From Pavona decussata (lineage: Eukaryota): a DNA stretch of 64,000 bases. Each line of letters opens with the position of its first letter. The first letter of the stretch is position 1. Positions 1 to 10,469 of the stretch are shown piece after piece. The stretch covers positions 2,046,001-2,110,000 of the forward strand of contig CDRNST010000067.1 in assembly GCA_977016875.1 (NCBI GenBank), read 5' to 3'. Both the position numbers and the translations under genes were made by a program. Under the pieces are notes generated by a model. That model was given only the letters and a program-made list of their open reading frames with translations, was not told where the DNA came from and ran no database searches.

Positions 1-2424
1 CGTGGAGAGGGAATTGCCATCCTCAGCCGTGATAGTCACAGGAACCACATTTAACAGGACTCGACCTTGCGGGGAAAAAACCTCTGTCGTGCTCACTGAG
101 GCCTGATGGATGTTGGTGGTTTGTGGTGCTGCACCAGATCCCATGCTTTGTTGCTGTGGAGGTACCGTAGCAGAACGGGAATTTGCTTGGTTGTGATTAC
201 TGCTTACGCCATTATTGGTTCTCGGCCGGAAACGACGTCCATTGCTGTTTTCCTTGTGTAAAAGTGTCAGATGATGCCCAGGACACTTGGAGCAGGCTGG
301 GGGATCCGGACAAGTAGTGCCACTATGGGTTGGGTTGTGACAACCACAGTTAAAGCAGAACCCGTAGGAGGCTGCATACTGTCGCCTTACTGCTACACGA
401 TCGCACTGCTTAATGATTGGGCAATCCTGTAGACGATGGGGTGTGGATTTGCAGATTGAGCATTTGATGTGATTTCCTGTCTCTGGGGGCCTTTCAGATT
501 TAGCAGGTGGTACTGTGGAGTCCCTGGGAGGTTCTGGTGGCCTTTCAATTTTAGTTGATGAAATAGTAGAGTCCCTGGGAGGTGGTGGTTTCTTAATCCT
601 GGATGAGTTCCGGGTATCCTTGTCTTCACTATTCTCCCTCCTTTGCCTCTGTGGCCCAAAGATTGGGTCGTTTCTTATCGACGCTTGTCTCATAACAAAT
701 TTCGCGATATCCTGTAAGCGAGCGGACCTGCCACGATTTACGATCTCATAATTTTCAGTTTGCCACTTTGCAACAAGGTCGTTCGGAAGTCTGCTTACAA
801 TTCTCCTCAGGTTGGTAGCCACACTAGCCTCATGCTCAACATCACCTTTCAGGATCTTTGTCGCTGTGTTCAGCTTCTCAGCAAAGTTCAGTAAACTCAC
901 ATTGTCCCCTGGGGCAAGCTTGGGACCAGATACCAAACCGTCAATGCAGGCTTGTGAAACTTGGATGGGTTTACCGAAACGATCCTCTAGAGTCTTTATG
1001 AGGTCTTTGTAGGAGCAGCCTCTGTTTCGTTCGATGACTTCCAGAGCTTCACCTTTCAGAAACTTTGGCAGGTACTCGATTCGCTGCGCGTCGGTTAGAA
1101 GTTCACTCTCAAGATGAGTGCGGGTCTGCTCTCGAAAGAAAGGGAAGTCGGCTGGATTCCCATTAAACTGTGTAGGCGTAATGCCATTTAGCAGTTGAAC
1201 CTTCCACATGGCTGTAACGTGGTCCTTTGGGGTGGTCTCCTCTCTTCTGGTGTCTGGATCAGGCTTTGTCCTGGACTGAAATAAACCTTGAGGCGAGTGT
1301 TGTATGGGTGTATGGTTGGAGACATGCGGCACCTCCCTTTTAGACTCTTCTACAGTGGAGTAACTGGGCAAATGAACCGACTTGGAGGATGTTGGTATTT
1401 TATCAGAGGGGGTAGAGTGATCTACAGGTGAGATGCCCAAGGTTTTCTCTGTCTTACGTGGGGTTGACTTTGGAAGCTCTTGCCTTTCTGACTCGGAACC
1501 TTTGGGTGGACCTTCGCAGCTGTTGAGGTGTGTTTTCTCAATTTCGTCGACGGTCTCAAGCTGACCAGTGTCTTCATCATAGTCCCTTTCGATCTTCCAG
1601 TCCAGTTCGGCTAAAGCAGCCTCGTCCTCCAATCGCCTCAATTCCATTCGTGCCTTTTGCCTGGCCAGCTCAGCATCCTCTTCAGCTCTTCGTTTTGCTA
1701 GCTCCACTTTCTTCTTGGCCAGAAGCGCGGCTCTTAGCTTCTCTTTCTTACGAGATGATGCCTTAGAGGACACAGAGCTGCCTTGTGACTTCTCACTTTT
1801 GACAGAAATTTCATCGTCATGTTTGGGGGCTTCGTGATCCGTTCGCATTCGCTCTTCTAGCTCAAATAAGCTTATAACTGTCTCCTTTAGGGATCTGAAC
1901 CTTTCCTCGACCTCTTGTAGACGTTTCCTCTGATTTATGCACGGAAGATACCTTGAATGAATTTCCTCAAAAGATTTCCAAGCACGAGTGACACTTTCTA
2001 CCATTCGACCAGCAGATAGGACGTCCCAATTAGTGTAGAGACATGTACGTAATTGCTGAGTTTCAGTTGCAACATAGTCAGCGATTTTGTTCCAAGAAGA
2101 TGCTAGTCTGTGCTGTTCACTTATTTCTCGCTGACGGATGACTTCACTAAAATCTATTTGAGTATTTGGAAGGGGATTTTGACGTAGTGAGTAACCAAAG
2201 GCTCCTCGAGCTAGCGGGGGCCTTAAGACCTCAGGAGGTAATGCAAAGGCAGCGGCCCCGATGTCAACAGGAAAATCTTCATTTGTGTTAGCCATTAGGT
2301 TTGTTCCAAGGCCCATTAAATTAATTTCCCCACCTGATTCAATCCGGCCAGTTCCTCGATCCTCAGTCCCGCGGTCCGGTCCACTAGTCTTCGACTCTCC
2401 AATGCCACCACTCGAGGGTTCCAT
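1..2424 (-). CDS. Bel/Pao LTR-retrotransposon Gag-protease polyprotein (runs off the left edge)
   Basis: ATG at 2424; the segments translated by hand (5' end, zinc knuckles, last 60 nt) share one frame that runs to position 1, and the ORF is absent from the track, as expected if there is no stop. It encodes the Bel/Pao triple Zn-knuckle (CSICKSTPHRLQDC...CFNCGCHNPTHSGTTCPDPPACSKCPGHHLTLLH) and ends VLLNVVPVTITAEDGNSLST, the segment that precedes the aspartic-protease motif. Confidence 0.9.
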   Translation of the reverse strand, partial: MEPSSGGIGESKTSGPDRGTEDRGTGRIESGGEINLMGLGTNLMANTNEDFPVDIGAAAFALPPEVLRPPLARGAFGYSLRQNPLPNTQIDFSEVIRQREISEQHRLASSWNKIADYVATETQQLRTCLYTNWDVLSAGRMVESVTRAWKSFEEIHSRYLPCINQRKRLQEVEERFRSLKETVISLFELEERMRTDHEAPKHDDEISVKSEKSQGSSVSSKASSRKKEKLRAALLAKKKVELAKRRAEEDAELARQKARMELRRLEDEAALAELDWKIERDYDEDTGQLETVDEIEKTHLNSCEGPPKGSESERQELPKSTPRKTEKTLGISPVDHSTPSDKIPTSSKSVHLPSYSTVEESKREVPHVSNHTPIQHSPQGLFQSRTKPDPDTRREETTPKDHVTAMWKVQLLNGITPTQFNGNPADFPFFREQTRTHLESELLTDAQRIEYLPKFLKGEALEVIERNRGCSYKDLIKTLEDRFGKPIQVSQACIDGLVSGPKLAPGDNVSLLNFAEKLNTATKILKGDVEHEASVATNLRRIVSRLPNDLVAKWQTENYEIVNRGRSARLQDIAKFVMRQASIRNDPIFGPQRQRRENSEDKDTRNSSRIKKPPPPRDSTISSTKIERPPEPPRDSTVPPAKSERPPETGNHIKCSICKSTPHRLQDCPIIKQCDRVAVRRQYAASYGFCFNCGCHNPTHSGTTCPDPPACSKCPGHHLTLLHKENSNGRRFRPRTNNGVSSNHNQANSRSATVPPQQQSMGSGAAPQTTNIHQASVSTTEVFSPQGRVLLNVVPVTITAEDGNSLST

Positions 2425-2498
2425 TACTTCTCGCAAAAGCCGAGCAAAACGGCAATGTCCTTCAAATCGTCGCCTTGCTAACCAAAAATTTTTCACAA

Positions 2499-3044
2499 TG
2501 TTGGGTTTGCACAAATAATTCGACGCGGTTGGGTTGTTAACACTCTATTCTCATGTATCTCTGCATTTACTTGTTTACAGCATCATGGCGAGCGATTTCA
2601 CAACATTGTCACTACCGGTGAAAACTAAAGAAAATAAAGGACAATACAAAATAAACTTAAAGAAAAGGCGAAAGACAAACTAAAGGTGCAAAGAAACTTA
2701 CATTTTGTGCGGATTTAAACGACGACTTGCTTATAAACTGCGAAGATTCTCAACACACATTCAAGCACGTGCTTCGCTGAAAACTCACTAAGATCACATG
2801 ATCAAAATACTCGCTACTTTATGTTACGGTCACGAAATGTGAAATAAAAATAAAACGTAAACAAAGTCAAGTCCAAGTTTGTTCATTTTGAAACTAAACA
2901 GGTAGTTTTAGCCTTAAGCGAAGAAAGCGAACGCAAAATGTATAAAGAAAATTTATGAAGAATGAAACATTTAATATAATATTTCTTGTAGAATTAGGAA
3001 ATGCAAAAATGTGTATGCCGGACATGGTAGACTGATCTATTACA
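2499..3044 (-). mobile_element. Putative 5' LTR of the Bel/Pao element
   Basis: On the minus strand it begins TGTAATAG and ends CCCAACA (TG...CA), directly upstream of the gag ORF. The partner LTR is outside the window, so the boundaries are inferred. Confidence 0.6.
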
Positions 3045-3279
3045 AAACACGTCGTACTCAAATGAAAGTGGAGACTTCAAATTTCATCTTTCCTTTTGAA
3101 TGTTTTCGGCGAGCAGTTTTAACACGAAAGAAGACAAGGCTTAGAGGGAGAATTATTGACAAAATCAAAACAGAGCGGTAACTTCTAACGACTGTCAGCC
3201 GCTGATCCGTCTCTGGCTCTCGTTTTTTCATGAACGAAAACTAACTTGAAAGAAAGCAGAATAAAATATAACAGTGGCA

Positions 3280-4200
3280 AGGGGGGGGGGGGGGGGGGGG
3301 GCAAGGTAAGGATTGCATTGTTAAATCTCGTCTCATATTTCTCATATAATCCAGAAGATTCTTCCGCTGTAAACAGCCTGTATGTTCAAAGCCGTACTTT
3401 TATTAAAGCTGGGTGGCATTTGATAAAACCGCTCTCCCTGCAGTAGCGCAAATTGAGGCCTGTAATAGAGCTCGTGAAGGTGCTCTCTTGAGATCAGTCA
3501 GCAAATTGCAAAATTTCAGGGATAGAGAAACTCTGATTAGCCACCTCCGTAGCAACGGCTCCCCGCATAGAGTGACCCTTAAAGATAGTCTGTGTCAATG
3601 CCAGCCAGATTCATCAACTCTTTCAACCACCTAGCTAATGTTGTAAGGGTAACCGGTCTGTGAGGACGAATATGAGATAAGAAAAGCTTGGTAGGTTTTG
3701 AGGGGTCCTATGGCCTCCATTGCAGTGTTCTAGCCTCATATTCTTGCAAACACTTACATAAGCAGAGGAGCTCGTTTTCACGAAAGCTAGCATGAAAACA
3801 AGATTTTGGTTCCTGGCCTTGTCTGGCAGTTTTAGTCAGGTCTGGGAGTTTAAACTGAACTCCATCAGGATAAAAGTATCTGAAGCGTAGATCACGGGCT
3901 GCTAGACCCGAGGCTCTGTCTGGGGCAGTAAGAGCAAGTCTGACCCAACCAGCTTGTAAGATAAACGCTTTGTGGGTATTTGAACCCAAGGAAGCAATAT
4001 ATTATACTACTTCGTGGGCGGGGCTGATACACCCCTATGAGCATCTGGCATACTAAGGGTGGTGATCCCGCTTTGTGACTGTCAATTAAATGCAAAACTG
4101 CTGAAAGGGCAGTCCCATAGACATTAATAACTCTTTCCTGCCTGAGTTGTTTTGAAGGAAACTCGAGAATTTCTATATAGCACTCACTTATCACAGGTCA
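3280..4200 (-). mobile_element. Decayed DIRS-like retrotransposon, tyrosine recombinase region
   Basis: Frameshifted translation gives INVYGTALSAVLHLID..GSPPLVCQMLIGV, LALTAPDRASGL, LPDLTKT, LCLCKCLQEYEART, RPVTLTTLARW and FKGHSMRGA (HSxR catalytic motif), matching DIRS tyrosine recombinases. Confidence 0.8.
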
Positions 4201-4378
4201 TTACCATTTGCATTGCTCATAGGTATGGATAACGATATATCGTATTAATAAGCAATAAATTTTGTATCCAAATTTTACAAGAATATTATTAATAAATTAT
4301 TGGTTAGTAATTATTTGCATAATTTAGCATCAAATTGTAATAATTAAATTACTAGAACAAAACTTGATGTATCACAAA

Positions 4379-6929
4379 GGCCGTGTTTTCATCGGCAATT
4401 TTTCAGGTTGCTTAGCGAGTGACAAAGGGAAATCTCGTGAAAACAGTTGCTTTTCCAACTCGCTTAAAGTTAAGCGAGTCGGCAAACTTCAATGCAATTG
4501 TCATTAAATTCAAGCCACCAAACCAGGTAGCTTAAGCGACTCGGCAATTAATTTCCGCCAATGAGAAGGAACTTGCGGTCATTTATCTGATAAGGCTGTC
4601 AAAGCAAAAACAGAACATGCGTTCTATTTTTGTGACTCCCCCAAAACAAGATGAGCAGTTTTCCGTGCCAAGATCTCAAGTGAGTGATTATGGTGACCAT
4701 CCGTGTTGCCGATGTTACACATTTAAGACCGTCTATTACTCCAGCACGGCAAAATTAGCAATTGTGGCTTCCTCAACCTGAATTTTGAATTTCGCGCGCC
4801 TGCTCTCCTCAAATTACAAGAGTGAAATATAATCGTACTGGTGAAAACACCCATCAATTTTAAGTCGCTTAAAGTGCCCATCACCCTTTCACAGTTTTAA
4901 TGAATTTCGAAAATTTATGCCTGTCTTAGACGCTTTGCGAAGAAATAAATCGTATTCCATGTTTCGCTTTGTTTGTATCAGACGACAAAATCGCCCAAAA
5001 TAGGCCGTTTTCCACCATATTGAATACAAATAGGAGCAGTTGAGAGACTGGGAACTAAAAAGCTTGTGACGTCGACCCGGTATCTCAGCCACAGAGCAAT
5101 TGCTCGTTTGTCGCTACATTCTCTATACTGAACATGAAATGTGTTAGGAAGGTATGTGGCAGGTGAATGTGCTGCCTTCTCAGACATGTAGAAGGGTATA
5201 GTTCTGCACGCTATACTGTTGAAAAAGATGAAGCAAGGAAATGCAGAAATAAATAGATCGATTTCATGAAACAAAAGCATGCTAACCCGGAAAATCGTCA
5301 ATATGCTCCAAGCACTTCACGAACGACGACTTCATGCGTCGATTCTGATTTATTGATGAAGTGAGAAACAAGCCAATCCTCCCAAGGCTAAAACGAGATG
5401 ATATCGGTTTAAACGTGACGCCAACTGTCCATGCTAAAGCGGTGACCAACAAGTCCAGGTGTACTGATTTAAACTAGTGCCAAACATCGCCGCAAACGAG
5501 CGATAAGAAATGTCTCCATTTTTTTAAGCTTATAGGTGCAGCCAAAACAAACCTACTGAAATAGTAAACTTATTTTAATTTATAATTGGTCTAGACTCAC
5601 AAGAATGCGAAGAAGCGAATGGAGTCTTACTTCTGAGACTGCTGTCTCAGTGTTGGGTCTGTTGGCGATCCGATGAAGGGCCACAGTGAAATGATAAAGC
5701 TAGTTCTCTTTCTTTCTCAATTCCACGTGTATAAATTTGGGCGTAGGCTTTCCATGAAGAACGGATCATTCTTTTTAAAACAGATTTAGTCTTGCATTTG
5801 TCTGTGAAGAACGAGATTAAGAGTCAATCGAACATGTCGGTCGATTGATATGTTCGAAATACTGCTCAAAAGGTCGGCTTTTCTTACCTGGAAATCGAGA
5901 TGTTTTGAAAAATAACACACACAACGGCTTCCCAAATGTTGTGCGGTTTTTCTTTCTCTTACTACCAGACCAATTTCAGCTAGTAAACAATTTAAAAATA
6001 ATAAAAATATCAACTGAACAAGCTTATACTTTACGCCAGGAAAAAAAAGTTGATGTTTCCTCGGTGGTCCGCATGTTGCCGCGAAGTAAAATTTTTGCAA
6101 AACCCCCGCAAAACAAAAACTGTCAGATAAACTGATGTAATTACACAAAGATACCAACAATAGGAGCCGCTTTCGGAGGTTAAAGATTATCACATGGTTC
6201 AATCCTAACTAGAAGCTGTACTGTAACCGGACCGCGAACTGAAACGAGCCAAACTAGACTAGCGCTAAACGCAGAACTCTATAAAACCCAGAAATGTCCT
6301 TTGAGGTCACAATACAAAGCAAGCTACAGTTAAGCACATGGTTTTGTTCTATGATTATCATACAAATCATTCAAATCGTTATGCCAACCCGCTGTTAACA
6401 TACAAGAAGCTAAATTGATCAAAAGACTGAGATAGAAGCGCTAAACATGCGAGTAGGAGTTGTGAAAGCCTTCCATTCCTATTTTACGTGCTTGATCGTC
6501 GCGTCAATCACGTAGCCGGGTTGCAGTTAAATTCTGAATCATCTGAGTTTTAGCTTAGCTCCGATTCGGTGTCAGTGTTCAGCTTTTGGGCTAAAAAATC
6601 GGCCAGACACCCAAACAGCTCGCAAAGAATTCACCCCGAGTGCTGTTTTGTTGTGTGCTTGTTATCGAGATCCTGCGTCGACGTCACAACTCACTAGTGC
6701 CAGTCCTTTAATGGCGCGGATTTAACTTCGGAAATTGTGATTTCGATCGCGTTTTAAAAATCGAGAATAACTTCAAATCTCATTATTTTGCTTGTTTTGG
6801 CTTACTTTCTACCTCTACCTTTGAGAATGAAAGGAATTGGGTAGGGGCGATAGGCACTTTAACGAAGTCTGTAAACATAGCGCCCTGAGGAATTTTAAGC
6901 GAGACATCCGGCGTCGTGAAAACACGGCC
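4379..6929. mobile_element. Non-autonomous TIR element (GGCCGTGTTTTCA termini) hosting a nested Kolobok-like insertion
   Basis: Perfect 13-bp inverted termini ggccgtgttttca (4379) and tgaaaacacggcc (6917-6929); repeated internal (t)taagcga motifs. Confidence 0.6.
4873..6858. mobile_element. Kolobok-like DNA transposon (TTAA target), decayed, possible THAP-domain remnant
   Basis: TTAA on both sides (4869-4872, 6859-6862); TIR agtgcccatcaccc vs reverse complement agtgcctatcgccc (12/14). Weak THAP-like remnants on + at about 4960-5430. Confidence 0.65.
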
Positions 6930-8724
6930 AATGGGTCCACTATAATTGATTGAGCTGTTGTGGTCTCCCTGTCTACACGACAATTATTTTGTCGTTTTTC
7001 CTGTTCCTTTAGGCGAAGCTCGAAGTCACGTTCGTTTTAATTCGCATCCCTTGTTTATTTTCATTATTTTTTTTACGGTTTGTTTCGCTTTATATTTCCA
7101 GTTCAAACTGAAGAAACAAATATGGCCGATGAATCTGCGATCTGCAATGCAAATGGTGGAAACGACTAATTAATTCTTTGGTGACTTTGATCAGAAGTTA
7201 TTGTTCAAGGACGCAATGGTTATTAAAAAGAATGAATTATTCATCAATAAAGAAGTTCGTGTTAAAACGTAACCGTTTTGACAGAAAGGCAGAATTTGAA
7301 CGTGTGGATGATCAGCTGAAAAAAAATCTGCTTTTTCCCAAGTACGGTTAAGACTATCTTGTTTACACGATCGCGTGAGTCCCCAGCCACTGTTATTCCA
7401 ACCTACTGAGTCCGCGATCAGTTTTTTTGAACCAACATTACAATATGGTTTTGTTTTATCTTTTTTTTAACCTTGTAAATGCTGCTTATCCAAACACTCC
7501 ATAAATAGAACAACAACTTGAACTTGCCGTCGGTATTTAAACAGGTATAGCATCTACTCTTCATTGGTACCAATAGTTCTTTACGAACGGCAAAAACTTA
7601 TCATATAGTTGTAAAAGATTGTGACTCCATAAAATTTTATTGCTAATAATCTTACTACCACTATCTTTGTATCTGATGAAGAAACAGGAAAAAGAAAGCA
7701 TATGAAAGCTGATAAAAACAGGAAGTCGCAGCTGAAAGCAATTTTTTTTTATTAAAAACAAGGAAAAAAAAAACGTGAAAGAAGATATTCCAGGTTACTT
7801 GAAAATCCATTATTGCTAATTCGCCACTGGTTTCTTTGTTATTTCACTACCCGCCTTTTTTTCTGACAGTAGGTGACTAGAATGATTGGAAACAAGTCAG
7901 AAATTGGCCATACGTTAATTAGACGTTTTTGCATGTGTAGGTCCGTAATGGCGTTATACAGGGGGTGTTCCATAAGTGCAAAAGATGAAGTGGTAGTGCT
8001 ATGGCAACCTCCAGTGATTCCTGTATTGGCTAAAAGTTTAAGATCAGGTCAGGAATGTGTTGATGGTCTAATCATTTGTCTTAAAAGAGGCTGATGATAA
8101 CCGATGCTGCCACACAAACTGGTAACCGATATCTGTTATAATTGTTCATATAAAAAGCAGTCAGCCATGTGACAACTGAACGTGACCCACTCCCAAGCAA
8201 TTTTTCTCCACTTCACTGTATTGCCTGTTGACGCCTTCGTCGTTAAACAAAGCTAGTTTATTGACTTTTTAGGTAAAGTAAGTTCATGCCAGACTAACTC
8301 TTGACTATTGAAGAAAATATTAAAAACAAAACAAATCGTTCTCATGGCAGGGTGCGTTTAAATACGTAAAAGATATCGGTCAGTCATGAAACACCATGGG
8401 TGGTAAGTGTTAGAAAAAGAAAAAGAAAAAAAAAACAGTTCAGTTTGAGAAAGTGACCGGGTCTACGATACGCGATAGAAACGGTAAAAAGAAAATTCTC
8501 CATTGCGCGGCGTAGCTTCAAACTGAAAGTAAAAAATGGAAGAAACTTTCTTTCTGTTCTGCAGCTAAAATTATGACCGTATCATTTTCCGTTTTACAAC
8601 TGACATATCATTAAGTCTTAATTTTTCAAACGCCATCGTCATCCTTAAATTCGCCGTCAAAGGTGGCTCACATCTTAATTAAACTATGGTCTATGAACAA
8701 TTAAATTGCCGCAGAGGAAAGAGA

Positions 8725-8730
8725 TATAAA
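8725..8730 (+). promoter_or_regulatory. TATA box of peptide gene A
   Basis: TATAAA 87 nt upstream of the ATG; equivalent TATAAA upstream of B (26225-26230, -) and C (31480-31485, +). Confidence 0.6.
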
Positions 8731-8816
8731 TGGACCAAGAATAGTCCAATGACACATCAGTTTTGCGACTCAGGGACCCGTGGCTGCCTCAGTGAAAAAA
8801 TCTTGGAATCGGCAAA

Positions 8817-10469
8817 ATGAAATCGCAACTGGTAGCTCTGTTCATTTTCGCATTTTTGTTGGTGGCGATGGTAAAAGAGACTGATTGTTACAGATCTACT
8901 AATGGGAAAAAATATGAAGACAGCGAAGGGAAGAGGAGCAAAGTAACAAACACTGGACAATCTGTCTTTAGTTTCGCATTTGTTTTATGTTTGTGTTTGA
9001 AACACATTGATCCCGCTCCATTGTCGGTGTCGGGATGGCTCTCACATTAGAAAATTTTCCACTACTGAGTTAACCAGTATCGCCCCATTTTTCTTAGCTA
9101 TATACAGTTTATGTTTGGTGCGGGAGATAAAATTTTCAGATTATTTTGCCTTTTTGAATAAAATAAGCTCATTTTTCAAACTTACTTATATCGTACAAAC
9201 ATGATCACCTTTTCAAATCAGTTGACAACTCCAATAGCTTTGAATTAAACATTTAAGGGAACTCACCCCGATGATCTAAAACACAACCGACCTCCCTTCA
9301 CACAGTACATCACTCCACGCGGTTTACCTACCCATGAACTGGGCCCGCGGCCGTTTACACGTGCGATTCTCGACTAGTTTTTGATACACACTTTTAATGC
9401 AACTGTAGAACTCGAGTGCAGTTTTAGAGCGGTGCGATTTGAACGCGATTTATCACCAGGATGTCGCAGGGGTGCGCGACTGGATTTTTAGAAAATGTAC
9501 AGCGATATCGCGCTAATATAAACTGCATTGAAATAGCAGGTGGTTTACCTGAAGTGCGTTGGAAGTTGCTGTCTTGCGCGAGAATTTTTGCAGCGAAGTG
9601 CCACAAAAGTTACATCCAAAGTCGGATTTGTAACGGACCTTAAAATGCATTCCAAGAAGGGTGGAGTGCTTTCCTGCTAACTAAGTACTGGGCTTGTGCA
9701 GAGATATGTTTCATCTTAATTTATATAGCTTTATGTAAAGCCGTTTTACGGAACAAGTTTGAAGAGAAAAATCTCGTTTTTGGGAGTTTTACTGAGAAAC
9801 TTCAGGGTTCAAAATACATTTTTTTTCATCGGTATGATCTAAGTTTTTGCGATGTTATTGTAACTTTTTGTTCGCGTTACATTGGAATGAATTATTACAA
9901 TACAGGTGCACCATTTTATTGAGCAGGCGTTTAATGATCTGACAAATTTAGGTTTGCGAATTATATAACGTTGGCGAGCAACTTCAGTAATGTTTAATTA
10001 TTTTGTTTTTACACCCTGGATAGATTATAAAACATCACGTTTTAAAATGGAGGTTCCATTAGTTTGGTGATTATCAGCCTCTACTGATTACGCTAAGCTT
10101 GATCAATTAACATAAAATATAAAACCCAACGCCACCAGTAATTTTGAATTTAAGGTTTCCATGTTCCTCTTTCTAAGTTGATTTTTTTTTTCTTGGGTGT
10201 TACCACATGCCTACCACATAATAAAGACAGTAGGTGTGGTAAAGAGTTTTCCGTTCATCTGTTCATTTTAATGTGCTCTTCCCCTAAAAAGTTGGATGAA
10301 TTAAGATTATCGGTTGAGGGATGAAATTAAAGAATTTTATTCTAGTCGATGTTTATTGCTTATTTGTTTTTTCCTTTAGAAAATGCAGTTGACTGCCCGA
10401 AACAGTGTGTGCGAAGCCGCGCGCCACCTGGGGTGCGGCCGACAACTGGAAGACGAACCAGAGGACTAG
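8817..10469 (+). CDS. Secreted peptide precursor A (neuropeptide-like, 71 aa, 2 exons)
   Basis: Exons 8817-8942 (GTAACA donor) and 10380-10469 (tttag acceptor), phase 0: MKSQLVALFIFAFLLVAMVKETDC-YRSTNGKKYEDSEGKRSK|KMQLTARNSVCEAARHLGCGRQLEDEPED*. Signal peptide, GKK/GKR amidation-cleavage sites, AATAAA at 10562. Structure conserved in paralogues B and C. Confidence 0.85.

Noticed and set aside
393-2518. Short ORFs listed over the first 2.5 kb
   Set aside because: Shadow frames of the Bel/Pao gag ORF.
7561-8094. ORFs recurring at 26842-27344 (MTRMIGNKSE..., MFLIKKNCFQ...)
   Set aside because: Similarity is explained by the recent duplication; indels change their ends and no domain or splice structure is supported.
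8943-9050. Single-exon 77 aa reading of gene A (and 65 aa of B)
   Set aside because: The read-through tails differ in frame and length between A and B, whereas the spliced exon 2 is conserved in all three paralogues.
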